A stretch of 64,000 bases of DNA from a virus, in IMG/VR virus record IMGVR_UViG_3300021226_000189. One strand, written 5' to 3'. This document shows positions 32,745 to 43,101 of the stretch, in pieces. Below the pieces are notes generated by a model, which was given only the letters and a program-made list of their open reading frames with translations, did not search any database and had not been told where the DNA came from. Each line of letters opens with the position of its first letter. Within the stretch, counting starts at the first letter, position 1. Made by a program: the position numbers and the translations under genes.

Positions 32745-33410
32745 TTAGATACTATTGATAAATTTTATGATTTGTTGACGAAGATAAGATTCAACATCAT
32801 GTTTCGGAAGAGTTTTAATCGTCTTTTCAAAATTCTCATAAACTTCTTCGAATGAACCGTCTTGTTCTACGACATAAGTTTTACTTTCTAAAATACCATT
32901 GACAAAAGCTTTTGGATAAGATGGATCGGCAACAGCGTCGATAGCCACTAAATGCATATTTTGAACCAAATTATAATCACGGTTTTCCATCAATTGACCA
33001 AGCGCACGGGTGGACATACCAACCTTAACACCATCATTAATGAGCGCACGGAGGATCTGCCCAGTAGGAGTTGATAAAACTTTAGCTTTCCCTACGAAAT
33101 AATCATCGACTTCATGTAATTCTGTGACCAAGTGACACGCTCTTTCGAGATTCACATCAGCACTTGTGGGGTGATTCAATTCGCCCATCGCTCTACCTGG
33201 AAGCACCATCTCATTAATGTATCTTTGAACTTCTGATCTGGTATCATCAAGTCGATACATTCTTTTATTTTTATTAACAGTATTACATCCGATAAAAGGA
33301 CCTTTAACATAAAGGTTGGATGAACTGTTTCGATTAGATTGCTCTTCAATAACTTCAAAGTTATCAAACACGTCAGGATTCTCTGCGATTAATTTAAGTT
33401 TCAACGCCAT
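32745..33410 (-). CDS. gp21: Prohead protease
   Basis: NKNKRMY, GELNHP, GMSTRALG, DAVADPS..AFVNGILE. Confidence 0.95.
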   Translation of the reverse strand: MALKLKLIAENPDVFDNFEVIEEQSNRNSSSNLYVKGPFIGCNTVNKNKRMYRLDDTRSEVQRYINEMVLPGRAMGELNHPTSADVNLERACHLVTELHEVDDYFVGKAKVLSTPTGQILRALINDGVKVGMSTRALGQLMENRDYNLVQNMHLVAIDAVADPSYPKAFVNGILESKTYVVEQDGSFEEVYENFEKTIKTLPKHDVESYLRQQIIKFINSI

Positions 33411-33443
33411 GATATTATTTATGTTTAATGGATAGTATTTCTA

Positions 33444-33908
33444 TCAATTTAATTCTTTTTCCGTGATAATTATGAATTCCATTTCATATTTCTTTGCGAA
33501 TTCTTTAGCAAATTTCCATTTATCACAATTATTTCTCCAAGCCACTTGTTCGTATAGTAAATTAGATTTTTTCTTACCTTTCGTAGCTTTTGGTTCTTGG
33601 GTTTGTTTCCATGGTTTAACTTCTATGAGATATTTTTTAATTTTGTCACCTTCTTTTATTTTTACATAAGCATCAATAAAATATTTTCTATTTTTCTTTT
33701 GAACGGTGTCAAAATATGGAATCGAAACTTCCTCACTATTCCATTCGAGAACATTAGGATTATTATCAGCCCATCGAAACAATTTTAATTCTAAACCAGA
33801 ACGATATATAATATTATCCAATTTACCAATATACTTTTGAGGATTTTTGGGAGAATAAAATCCTTGATAAAATTTACTATTACGTTTTGATAAACCTAGA
33901 TTGCCCAT
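33444..33908 (-). CDS. gp4: Head completion nuclease
   Basis: PKNPQKYIG, IIYRSGLE, EWNSEE, IEVKP, FIIITEKEL. Confidence 0.93.
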   Translation of the reverse strand: MGNLGLSKRNSKFYQGFYSPKNPQKYIGKLDNIIYRSGLELKLFRWADNNPNVLEWNSEEVSIPYFDTVQKKNRKYFIDAYVKIKEGDKIKKYLIEVKPWKQTQEPKATKGKKKSNLLYEQVAWRNNCDKWKFAKEFAKKYEMEFIIITEKELN

Positions 33909-34282
33909 TAAGCTATATCATCATCAGGTTCTTCAACAATCACTTCAGGCTCAGGCTCTACTACAACCGATGGATCAGAATAGCTAAATGTTCGAGCATC
34001 GCTGTCATATGAATAACCTTCTGGCATAGTTACATATACTCGGTCAGCTAGACCTGCTGCACTTGCTCGATCATTCAAAACAATTCCTAGCATGGTATTG
34101 CTATGAAATCTTTCAAGAGCAAGATCAACATCTTCATTGAGACTATCAACGATCAATTGTGGTTCACGATTCCAAAAATCACGATATGCTTCATTCATTG
34201 TTAGCATAAGGTGACGTACTGCTTTGAGTACTTTAAGTGAGTACTCTCTATTTTGTTCTTTATAGGTTAGTGGTTCTATCAT
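33908..34282 (-). CDS. Hypothetical protein, possible fibre chaperone
   Basis: Follows fibre gene; in-frame ATG at 34282. Confidence 0.6.
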   Translation of the reverse strand: MIEPLTYKEQNREYSLKVLKAVRHLMLTMNEAYRDFWNREPQLIVDSLNEDVDLALERFHSNTMLGIVLNDRASAAGLADRVYVTMPEGYSYDSDARTFSYSDPSVVVEPEPEVIVEEPDDDIA

Positions 34283-34293
34283 AAGGTTATATA

Positions 34294-35700
34294 TTATCGT
34301 TGAATTTCTTGGCGAATTGCGACCCAATCAACATAACACGTTTTAGACACAGCTTCCAATGTTAGAATGCCAACATAAGGCGTTGTTGAGCTCCATCCAA
34401 GTGCAGAATATGCGGTGTGTGTAAATACTTGATTTACCAATGTTGTCCATGTAGAGCTATTCCACGGGGAGCTAGAAAAATAAACCTCAGTTTGAGTTGT
34501 TGAGAGTGGCCTGAAAAATAATCTATAACGTGTTCCGGATGCAAAATTCCCAGTTGAAAAAGTTAGTCCAGACACCAAAACTATAGCAGATTGACCGTTC
34601 CTTAAAAGTTCGATAGATCCATTTGAAAAATTAACTCTTAAATCTAAATTTGTCCCACCACCAGCAAATGACATATAATAGATAGCCTGACTTGTGCTAT
34701 CAACACAAAAGCAGGACTGAATACTCATTCCATAGGGTGACGCTGTTTGGCCGTTGTATGTGGATAAGCGTAATAAGTTCACAGCATTGATTGTATTTGC
34801 TGTTGTATTACTAATTACTCCCCATGCTCTATAGCTTGCAGAATCACTTGAAGCAGTATATACAGAGTTTGTAGCTCCAGTACCAGCAGTTCGTTCAAAT
34901 GTCCACCCATGAGTTCCGATAGTTGCAGTAGCGCCAAGATTTCCAAATGTAGGGAAGTCTTCAAAGATCTCAGCAAATGGGACTAATCCATCTTTATATA
35001 CAAAGCGGTTGCTCATGCTATTTAGCAATGCTTCTCTTGCTCCAGCTCCATAAGTGTAATTTGTGGCATTTAATGTAAGTGATGTAGCAATAGTTGGACT
35101 TGTGATAGTAGGCGATGTTCCAAATACTAAACTACCACTACCAGTTTCATCGCTAACAGCAGCAGCAAGAGTCGCACTCGTAAAGCTCGCAGGATGACTG
35201 CTAAACACGTCACCCCAGCTTGTGCCATTGTAAAAGCTCAACTCAAATGCATCAGAAGAATAAACTACTAAACCAGCAGCAGGTGATGCTATAGCATTTC
35301 GTTGAGCGATTGTCATTACTGGAGGTAAAAACCCTAGAGTTGTGCTATTAATTTGAAAAATAGCACTAGCATTACGTGTTGTTCCTCCGATTGTTACACC
35401 ACCACCACTTGGTTGTAAATCAACATTGCTCGTAGTTCTTGTGGCATTTGACGTTCCTTGAATAGTAATACTACCATTTGAAGATGTACTACCGTTAACT
35501 GTAGCAATTGTTGGTGTAGTTAGTGTAGGTGATGTAGCAAACACCAAACTTCCACTACCAGTTTCATCTGCAATAGTAGTAGCTAAATTTGCACTCGTTG
35601 CACTGCTTAGAAATGTCTGCATTGAACTCGTCACATTCAGCTTTGCTGGTGCGATAGTGTTGTTAGCAATTACATTGTTTTTTACTTGTGTGACTGGCAT
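34294..35700 (-). CDS. Fibre-like virion protein (468 aa)
   Basis: T/S/G-rich, DETGSGSLVF repeats, beta-rich C-terminal domain; late promoter. Confidence 0.8.
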   Translation of the reverse strand: MPVTQVKNNVIANNTIAPAKLNVTSSMQTFLSSATSANLATTIADETGSGSLVFATSPTLTTPTIATVNGSTSSNGSITIQGTSNATRTTSNVDLQPSGGGVTIGGTTRNASAIFQINSTTLGFLPPVMTIAQRNAIASPAAGLVVYSSDAFELSFYNGTSWGDVFSSHPASFTSATLAAAVSDETGSGSLVFGTSPTITSPTIATSLTLNATNYTYGAGAREALLNSMSNRFVYKDGLVPFAEIFEDFPTFGNLGATATIGTHGWTFERTAGTGATNSVYTASSDSASYRAWGVISNTTANTINAVNLLRLSTYNGQTASPYGMSIQSCFCVDSTSQAIYYMSFAGGGTNLDLRVNFSNGSIELLRNGQSAIVLVSGLTFSTGNFASGTRYRLFFRPLSTTQTEVYFSSSPWNSSTWTTLVNQVFTHTAYSALGWSSTTPYVGILTLEAVSKTCYVDWVAIRQEIQR

Positions 35701-35742
35701 AAAATTATTTAAGTTGGTATAATTTGTTGTAGTAGGGACATA

Positions 35743-37029
35743 TTAGTCTAAGATTGTGTTTTCCATGTACGCTCCCTTTAAAAGTGTCACTGTGCTCGTT
35801 GAAGTATTGGTTGCATTGTTAATAAATAATCTCAATACACCGCTCGTTGAAGGCTTTATGATTCCTATGTATTCGGCTGTCTGAGTTGATGTTCCAGTTG
35901 AATTAAATACACCAAAACTCTGATATGGAGAAGATTGCAATACAAAACTTTCTGTTTCAAACCCGGGCCTTTTGTAAAGCATTGATGAATCTGCCGCCGT
36001 TAAATTAAATGTTCCTAGTAATTGCCCACCGTGAGTAGATCCCGTGGTTCCAGTTATCTTAAACAAGCAATACAATCTATTTATTTTTCCTCCGACAACT
36101 GGTATTTCAAATCCTGTTGGGTTGAGTGATGCGCTACCAGTAGTAGTTGCATCAGATGTCAATACTGCACGCCAAAATGAATTTTCAACTAAAACTTGTC
36201 CTGTTCTTGTAACACCGTTATTTGAAACTGATGTTGTTCCTGTGATTGTTGGACTAGTCAAAGTCGCGTCATTGATCGTTGGCGTAGTTAAAGTAACACT
36301 AGTAGCAATCTTAGCACTCGTTACACTACCATCACTAGGCACAACCTGTCCCGCCACTAAAGCATTACTGGGACTAATCACAACAGCTTTAGCACCACTA
36401 GCAAGCGGATCTGTAAAAGTAATAGTTCCATTATTAACACTATAGTCAACAACAGGTTCTTGTAATACACCATCAATAGCAACAATCAATGCACTTGGGT
36501 TAATAAGATTTGTTGCTCCACTAATTGAGAAAGCACTTAATACACCATTACCTGTTAAAGTCGTACGAACAGGATCAACAACCGTTGCCGCCGATAGCCC
36601 ATTAATTGTTACTGATCCTGTGACAGCGAGTGTACCAGTAACATTAGCACCTTGAAAAGTTGGATTTGTATTAAACACCAAAGTACCACTACCAGTTTCA
36701 TCAGTTATTGCAGCTAATAAATTTGCTGAAGTTGGCGTTGCTAAAAAGGTTGCTACGTTTGTACCTAAACCTGAGACACCTGTTGATATTGGCAAACCAA
36801 CACAGTTTGTTAGTGTGCCGCTTGTTGGTGTGCCTAAAGCTGGGGTTGTAAAAGATGGTGATGTACTAAAAACAAGATTGCCAGATCCAGTTGTTCCAGC
36901 TACGGCTGATGCTAAATTTGCAGAGGTTGCATTGCCAAGAAATGTCTTCATACTCGATGCGACATTTAATTTAGCTGGAGCAATTGTATTGTCCAAAACT
37001 ACATCATTTGATATTTGGGTAATTGCCAT
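35743..37029 (-). CDS. Fibre-like virion protein (428 aa)
   Basis: Shares N-terminus with 34294-35700 and a ~92-aa module with 37048-40497. Confidence 0.8.
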   Translation of the reverse strand: MAITQISNDVVLDNTIAPAKLNVASSMKTFLGNATSANLASAVAGTTGSGNLVFSTSPSFTTPALGTPTSGTLTNCVGLPISTGVSGLGTNVATFLATPTSANLLAAITDETGSGTLVFNTNPTFQGANVTGTLAVTGSVTINGLSAATVVDPVRTTLTGNGVLSAFSISGATNLINPSALIVAIDGVLQEPVVDYSVNNGTITFTDPLASGAKAVVISPSNALVAGQVVPSDGSVTSAKIATSVTLTTPTINDATLTSPTITGTTSVSNNGVTRTGQVLVENSFWRAVLTSDATTTGSASLNPTGFEIPVVGGKINRLYCLFKITGTTGSTHGGQLLGTFNLTAADSSMLYKRPGFETESFVLQSSPYQSFGVFNSTGTSTQTAEYIGIIKPSTSGVLRLFINNATNTSTSTVTLLKGAYMENTILD

Positions 37030-37047
37030 TATTAGTATTTATTTTGT

Positions 37048-40000
37048 TTAACGTTGAAATGTTGAATTCTCAAAAGAAACCCAATCAAACCATAGAGATC
37101 TAATTGCAGCAGTTCTACTTATTACGCGAGCATGAAAGCTATGTCTTAAAGCACTCCAATAATTTGGTGAATTTACTATTTCAGAAACAACTGTTATCCA
37201 ATTATTATTATTCCAATCTGCTTCTTGTATTACAAGATTAACGTTATTAGAATTAATACAAGTGAAATCAACAATATATCTTTTACCACTATTAAAATTT
37301 CCAGATTGAGGGGTATATTGTGTACTAAGAGTAGTATATGTACCACTATCGACAGTAGAACCATTTGCTCGAACGAATGTAAAGGCATTATTATCTTGTC
37401 CAGATCTATATGATAATCCAAAAACACCACTTGCTGCCCATCCTAATCCAATAATAATATCACTACTAATTGTATTATCTATCGCAAAACAAGCTCTAAA
37501 CCTACTACCTATAATAGACATTCCTCCAGCAGCCCTATGCCATAATGATCTCACATCTCCATTTGCCCCGGCAGTAGAAATCCTTTGAATGCCATAACAG
37601 AGAGGTGCCGCAGAACTATCATCAAGTAAACCAGTCCCGTTACCGCCAACACTTAATCCAGCAACCGAACCATCAAAATCGTTAAAGTATGCGACAACTG
37701 GGCGAGTACTAGCATTTCGAGAATTAACTTGTGCAACAAATTGTTCATTATTGAGCGAAAATGCTGTATTATTAATAGTACTACTTAAAGTACCATTATT
37801 AATGATTGGATTAGTTAAAACTGGCTCGCTAATACTAACACCACCTGCAATCTTAGCACTTGTTACACTACCATCACTTGGTACAACTTGACCTGCAATT
37901 AGTGAATTGCTCGGGCTAATAACAACTGCTTTTCTACCATTTGGTAATGGACTTGTAAAAGTGATTGTACCGTTATTAACAAGATAGTCAACACTTGGTT
38001 CCTGCAACACACCATCAATAGCAACAATCAACGCACTAGGATTAATTAAATTTGCTGCACCGTTAATTGCAAAGCTGCTTAACACTCCATTACCTGTTAA
38101 TGTTGTGCGAACAGGGTCAACTGGAGTCGCGACTGGCAATCCATTTGTAAAGATATTACCAGCGGAAATATTCTGCGAACTTACACTACCATTGATAGTA
38201 ACATTACCAGTTACATTAAAACCTGATAGTTCGTATTGCTTGATATCTACAACAGTAATGTTTGCAGAAAGAGCGTCGAGTTGAGTTGTATAGATGCGAT
38301 CTGCTGATAAAGCACTTAGTGTTAGTGTATTGGAATTTTCCCAGACACCCGCAGCACCATTATACTTCAAGACATCATTAGCAGATACGCTCGTGATTCT
38401 AACATTATGAAGTTCATCTATCTCATACCCATTATCAACCTTGACGAAAATTTTACCTTGGTTTGAATGAGCATAAACAACAAAGCCAACTACAACGGTA
38501 TGATTTGGTGCTTGTGGTTTAACCTTTGTTAATACACCCGGTGTTGTAGGTGATAGATAAAGTACATCACCATCCAGCCATGTCTCACCTTGAAGTGATC
38601 CAGTTGTGTTGATACCTCTAACTAACCCACTTGTTGTAACAAATCCTTCTTGATTGAGTGTAATATTCTCTGTTACAAGACCGATAGTATCAACGCTATT
38701 CGGGTCATTATTTGCTTGTGCTAATACAATAGCGAGACGTTGACCTTGAGCACCACCTTCCGCTGTAGAACGAATACGCACAACACGATACTGGGATTCA
38801 AGAAGATTAGCACCTGTTTTATTAACAACACGCGCTACTGTCTCTTGACCGATTTGGAGAGTTACATTGCCACCTTTGAGACCAAGATCGAGAGTTCCAT
38901 CTTGATCATTCCATGTTAGCTGACCTACTCCTGCTGTTAACCCTGCACCTGTATTGAAACCAATTCTATTCGCTGAAAGCAATCCAGTTACAGATACATC
39001 ACCTGTAACAGTTCCGCCAGAAAGTGGTAGATAATTAAGAGGGGGTAAACCGATATATTCATTAGCAGAAATAGTTCCCTTAACGATGAGATCACCATTT
39101 ATTGTCCCACCATCCTGATATTGCGTAGCGTTAGTTCCACCACCAGAAGCATAAACAGCTACATATTTTCTTAAATCTGTTTTATAATTTTCGAATTTGT
39201 CATGGATTTTTTTATTCCATTCTTTTTCGATGGAGTCCCAATCTTTAACGATTGGTTCGCCTTTTTTAGATTCCAAGATATACTCTACAGGTTTTTCATT
39301 TTTAATTTTACGAATTTCAGTGAGTAAATTTTCCCTACTTTCTTGTATCAAATTTTGAAAATAGCTACGAGCCTCATCAGTAATATCCAATGTTTCTTCT
39401 TTTATTAAAGATAATTTTTCATCGAAATACTGTGTTATTTCCTGCTCCGTGTCGGCGATTTTCTTTTCAAATTCTTCAGAAATTTTTTCAAATTCTCCAG
39501 AAATCTCTACGATTTTTTTATCAACATTCCCGACACGAGAAAGTGCTTTCTGAACTCCTTTATTCAAAGAATTATTGAGTTCGATATTAGCATCACGAAT
39601 CGCATCAATTTCCTTGTTGACATCTTCCAACAAGGAAGCGTCAGCTTTTTTATTCAGCTTATTATTTAAGTTTTTATCAATTTCTGAAACTTTCTCTACA
39701 ATCTCAAGAGCGATATCATTGAGTTCTTTATCCACTCTAGGGTTGATATTAGTTTCATATAATTCTTTGACTAATTTTTTTACTGATTTATCAATCAGTT
39801 TGGAAGAATTTTCGAAATTATTTTCAAGAGATTCTTTTAGATTATCAGCAATATCTTGAATTTTTAAATCTACGCTTTCACGGATTTCTTCAAATTTGTA
39901 ATCATTATCCGATATTAATTCTTTTCTAATTTTATTAGAAATGTTAGTAAATTCATTTACAAGTTTTTCTCTTGCAGATTCCAAATACTCTTTGAGAGCT

Positions 40001-40497
40001 TTTTCCTTCTTATTACTCTCATTTTTAATTTCCCGTATTTTTTTTAATTTATTATTTTCGAGAATTTTCAGAGAATTTTCAGTCGCTTCTCTTTTTATTT
40101 TATTGATTTCTTTGATGATCTGTTCTTTTTTATCATCTATAATTTCAACATTAGAACATTCTTCGATGATATTTTGAATCACTTCATCTTCCTGCTCATC
40201 CGCATTTTCAATTTTAGATTCAAAAATTTCGACTGGTTCGCTTTCAGAGTTGAAATAAATTTCTTGTTTTCCTTTCAGAAGTAAGAAAGGATACTGCGCT
40301 TTCGCGTCTCCATCTTCCACCAGAATAGAAACAATCGGATTTCCATTTTCTTCGGAAATCTTTTCAACTACATATTTATTTTCGTTTATCTGCACCTCAA
40401 AAACACCGAAAAAGACTTCTGAAAAATCTTTAACTTGTAAGATGTTTAGAGGAGAGTTAGACGAGGTGATTTTCACCTCTTCGCTAAACAGTCTCAT
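37048..40497 (-). CDS. Coiled-coil plus fibre-like virion protein (1149 aa)
   Basis: ~450-aa charged coiled coil, ASGGG hinge, then T/S/G-rich fibre modules. Confidence 0.8.
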   Translation of the reverse strand: MRLFSEEVKITSSNSPLNILQVKDFSEVFFGVFEVQINENKYVVEKISEENGNPIVSILVEDGDAKAQYPFLLLKGKQEIYFNSESEPVEIFESKIENADEQEDEVIQNIIEECSNVEIIDDKKEQIIKEINKIKREATENSLKILENNKLKKIREIKNESNKKEKALKEYLESAREKLVNEFTNISNKIRKELISDNDYKFEEIRESVDLKIQDIADNLKESLENNFENSSKLIDKSVKKLVKELYETNINPRVDKELNDIALEIVEKVSEIDKNLNNKLNKKADASLLEDVNKEIDAIRDANIELNNSLNKGVQKALSRVGNVDKKIVEISGEFEKISEEFEKKIADTEQEITQYFDEKLSLIKEETLDITDEARSYFQNLIQESRENLLTEIRKIKNEKPVEYILESKKGEPIVKDWDSIEKEWNKKIHDKFENYKTDLRKYVAVYASGGGTNATQYQDGGTINGDLIVKGTISANEYIGLPPLNYLPLSGGTVTGDVSVTGLLSANRIGFNTGAGLTAGVGQLTWNDQDGTLDLGLKGGNVTLQIGQETVARVVNKTGANLLESQYRVVRIRSTAEGGAQGQRLAIVLAQANNDPNSVDTIGLVTENITLNQEGFVTTSGLVRGINTTGSLQGETWLDGDVLYLSPTTPGVLTKVKPQAPNHTVVVGFVVYAHSNQGKIFVKVDNGYEIDELHNVRITSVSANDVLKYNGAAGVWENSNTLTLSALSADRIYTTQLDALSANITVVDIKQYELSGFNVTGNVTINGSVSSQNISAGNIFTNGLPVATPVDPVRTTLTGNGVLSSFAINGAANLINPSALIVAIDGVLQEPSVDYLVNNGTITFTSPLPNGRKAVVISPSNSLIAGQVVPSDGSVTSAKIAGGVSISEPVLTNPIINNGTLSSTINNTAFSLNNEQFVAQVNSRNASTRPVVAYFNDFDGSVAGLSVGGNGTGLLDDSSAAPLCYGIQRISTAGANGDVRSLWHRAAGGMSIIGSRFRACFAIDNTISSDIIIGLGWAASGVFGLSYRSGQDNNAFTFVRANGSTVDSGTYTTLSTQYTPQSGNFNSGKRYIVDFTCINSNNVNLVIQEADWNNNNWITVVSEIVNSPNYWSALRHSFHARVISRTAAIRSLWFDWVSFENSTFQR

Positions 40498-40540
40498 CTT
40501 TATTATTTAGTGGGATAGTTAATATGTCAATTAGCAATGA

Positions 40541-41683
40541 TTAAAAAACAGACATAAGTGGCATATCGTAATCACCGTAACCACCATCGAATAACAATTC
40601 TTCTAGTTCTTTTTTCTCAGTTATACCTTCTTGTAGAACCGTAGAACCATCCATGCTTCCACCACCTGGTAGAGTGACTCCTGTGATTTTCGTTAAAACT
40701 CTACCCCACATTATTTTACAAATCGCGGTCGAGTATTCCAAGACCCATTTTTCTTTTATCAAATCTCTCAAAGGTCTTTCAACGTAACACGTTAACAAAC
40801 CATAGAAACGAGTATTTCTCGGTTGAGGGATCAAACGTAAATACTGAGTTCTTGGATCGAAATAAATATCCCTTCTCGTGGCAAATACTTTTTCTCGGGT
40901 GTCGATCCAATCTTTCACGGTATGCCAAGAAAGGATATCGAATCCATAGTTACCCAAACTATAAGCATGAAAGCTCTGTTGTGCCATGGTTTGTTCAACA
41001 GAAAATAAGGTATTGACACCAGTTGTCGAACCCTCTTCGAAAGAAATAACATCAACCACTTTGCGATAATCCATAACATCATAATCAAACATATTATTGA
41101 TAGTTTTCACATCATCTTGTGGTTCACATTGGATGGTGAAAGGTTTTTGATACGATTCTTTGAATAAAGATGTCAGTGTTTGGTCAAATGAAGTAATTAA
41201 ATCGTATGTAGCTTTATCAATAATTTGCATACTTTGAATACCCTCTTCAGGGATAACAGCACTTAAAGATGATGACGAATTGAAATATGTTTTAGGAATC
41301 GTTGAAAGTGATACAAATAATGAGTCAGGAAATTTAATTTCTGAATCTGGTTGTGGTCCTGTTCTTTTATTTTGAAGTTTTTCAGATGGAGTGTAACCAG
41401 AATTAGCGACAGTAAAAAGAGTATCCAGACGCACACCTTTATTTTTATCGTATATATCACTATTAAAAATCAAATATTCTTTCGTATAACCAGCATATTT
41501 TGTATAGAAATCAATAGCCATTGAAATAGCTTCATGTAATTGATCATAATGTAATTCCACGTTGATCATTGGATGACCCAATGTTCTCAAAATCCTTTCA
41601 CCTAAACGCTGATAGCACTCAATTTTAGAATTGAGATTTGTTGACATGAAAGCTGAAATTGGTTCGATTTGGCAAAGACTCAT
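40541..41683 (-). CDS. gp13: Neck protein
   Basis: RTLGHPMINVEL, LIKEKWVLEY, WGRVLTKITGVTLPGGGSMDG. Confidence 0.9.
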   Translation of the reverse strand: MSLCQIEPISAFMSTNLNSKIECYQRLGERILRTLGHPMINVELHYDQLHEAISMAIDFYTKYAGYTKEYLIFNSDIYDKNKGVRLDTLFTVANSGYTPSEKLQNKRTGPQPDSEIKFPDSLFVSLSTIPKTYFNSSSSLSAVIPEEGIQSMQIIDKATYDLITSFDQTLTSLFKESYQKPFTIQCEPQDDVKTINNMFDYDVMDYRKVVDVISFEEGSTTGVNTLFSVEQTMAQQSFHAYSLGNYGFDILSWHTVKDWIDTREKVFATRRDIYFDPRTQYLRLIPQPRNTRFYGLLTCYVERPLRDLIKEKWVLEYSTAICKIMWGRVLTKITGVTLPGGGSMDGSTVLQEGITEKKELEELLFDGGYGDYDMPLMSVF

Positions 41684-41710
41684 AATACTATTTAATCGCT
41701 AAATAATAAT

Positions 41711-42007
41711 ATGTCATTTGAGTCTAATAACGGCACAGTCTATTACAAATTATCTTGCGGTGTTCCCACTGTTTCAGATTGGAATCCCAATAGTAATAAC
41801 GGTTCTAGATATTATTATCTTTCCGCAAATGATTTCATCCTTTGGGGGCAAAGCACTATATTTATTCAACCATCAGCCAATAATGGGACTCAATATTATT
41901 TCCCTGTTTGTGAAAAACCAACTGATACTGGGTGGTCTGCTTTGTCAAATAATGGAACTAAATTTTATTATAACTCTGCATTAAATTGTGTTAGCTTCTG
42001 TGAATAA
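41711..42007 (+). CDS. Small late protein with four NNG(T/S)x(Y/F)Y repeats
   Basis: Repeats read in translation; TAAATA-N5-ATG. Confidence 0.75.
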   Translation: MSFESNNGTVYYKLSCGVPTVSDWNPNSNNGSRYYYLSANDFILWGQSTIFIQPSANNGTQYYFPVCEKPTDTGWSALSNNGTKFYYNSALNCVSFCE

Positions 42008-42015
42008 ATAATACT

Positions 42016-42690
42016 ATGAATTTATGGGATTTTATCACACAAAATGCGCAAGCCCTTACTCTAGTTTTTAGCGTTTTAGGTAGCGTTCTATTGTCTATAA
42101 AACGTGTTAGAACGTGGTTGACCGACAAATATAAAAAACATCAGGAATACAACAAATCAAAACACTTGATACCCAGCACTTTACAAGAAATTAAAGAGTG
42201 TGTAATGAATTTAGATGATAGAGTGAAGCGAGTCGAATATGAGATTTCCCCAAATGGTGGTGGTTCCATGAAAGATTCGCTGAATATAGTAAAAGCTGAA
42301 ATTGAAGCTTTGTTTTGGTTGAACCCTAAACCATCCTTTAGAACAACGTCTAAAGGTTTGAATATTCAAGTTAATGAATCTTATTGTCATTTATGTGGAA
42401 CTTCCTCAGAAGAACTACTTAAACAAAATTGGAAAAATTTCATTGAAGATGGAGAACAATTGGACGATTTTATGAGAAGATGGGAATACTCATCAGATAC
42501 AATGTCGCAATATTCTGGAAAATTAAAATTCAAAAATTCTAGAGATGAAAGTTTGGGTGAGTGGGTAATAAAAGTTAGACCATTAGGACCGATAAAAGGT
42601 GGACAGGACTACCTGTGGCATGGATCTATTTTACCATCCGATCAAAAAGCAAGAGATTGTGCTAAAAGCTACAATATTCCCTTAAATTAA
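42016..42690 (+). CDS. Membrane-anchored PAS-domain protein
   Basis: N-terminal TM, PNGGGSMKD, then ..QVNESYCHLCG.S.EEL..QNW.NFI PAS pattern. Confidence 0.7.
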   Translation: MNLWDFITQNAQALTLVFSVLGSVLLSIKRVRTWLTDKYKKHQEYNKSKHLIPSTLQEIKECVMNLDDRVKRVEYEISPNGGGSMKDSLNIVKAEIEALFWLNPKPSFRTTSKGLNIQVNESYCHLCGTSSEELLKQNWKNFIEDGEQLDDFMRRWEYSSDTMSQYSGKLKFKNSRDESLGEWVIKVRPLGPIKGGQDYLWHGSILPSDQKARDCAKSYNIPLN

Positions 42691-43100
42691 GAATATTTTT
42701 TAACTAAATATTCAGCATATCTCTGGATTTCATCTTCATCCAAATAACAGTCAAACGGACCATCATCTTTTAATAATTTGATTAATTTTTTTCGAGTGAT
42801 TTCGTAAGGTTTGAGATAATCAATTCCAAAATCATAAGCTATTTGTTTATTACTTCGCAAACCTTTAGTGTCAAAATATCTACCTGATGGATGTTCAACT
42901 GCTACGTGTGTGTATTCGATTTTATCACCATCTAAGGGATACCCTTCTGGATTTGATAATATAAAAATTTTCCACCCTGTTAAATCGTGTAATTTAAGAG
43001 CTAGAGAAGCACAATTACCTTGTAAATAATCATCGTGGGTGTTATCATCATACACACTTTCATACAATAAAGCTAAATTTTTATAATCTAGATTTTTCAT
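42687..43100 (-). CDS. Hypothetical protein (MKNLDYKNLALLYES...)
   Basis: ATG immediately after portal stop; GNCASLA..LH motif. Confidence 0.7.
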   Translation of the reverse strand: MKNLDYKNLALLYESVYDDNTHDDYLQGNCASLALKLHDLTGWKIFILSNPEGYPLDGDKIEYTHVAVEHPSGRYFDTKGLRSNKQIAYDFGIDYLKPYEITRKKLIKLLKDDGPFDCYLDEDEIQRYAEYLVKKYS

Positions 43101-43101
43101 A

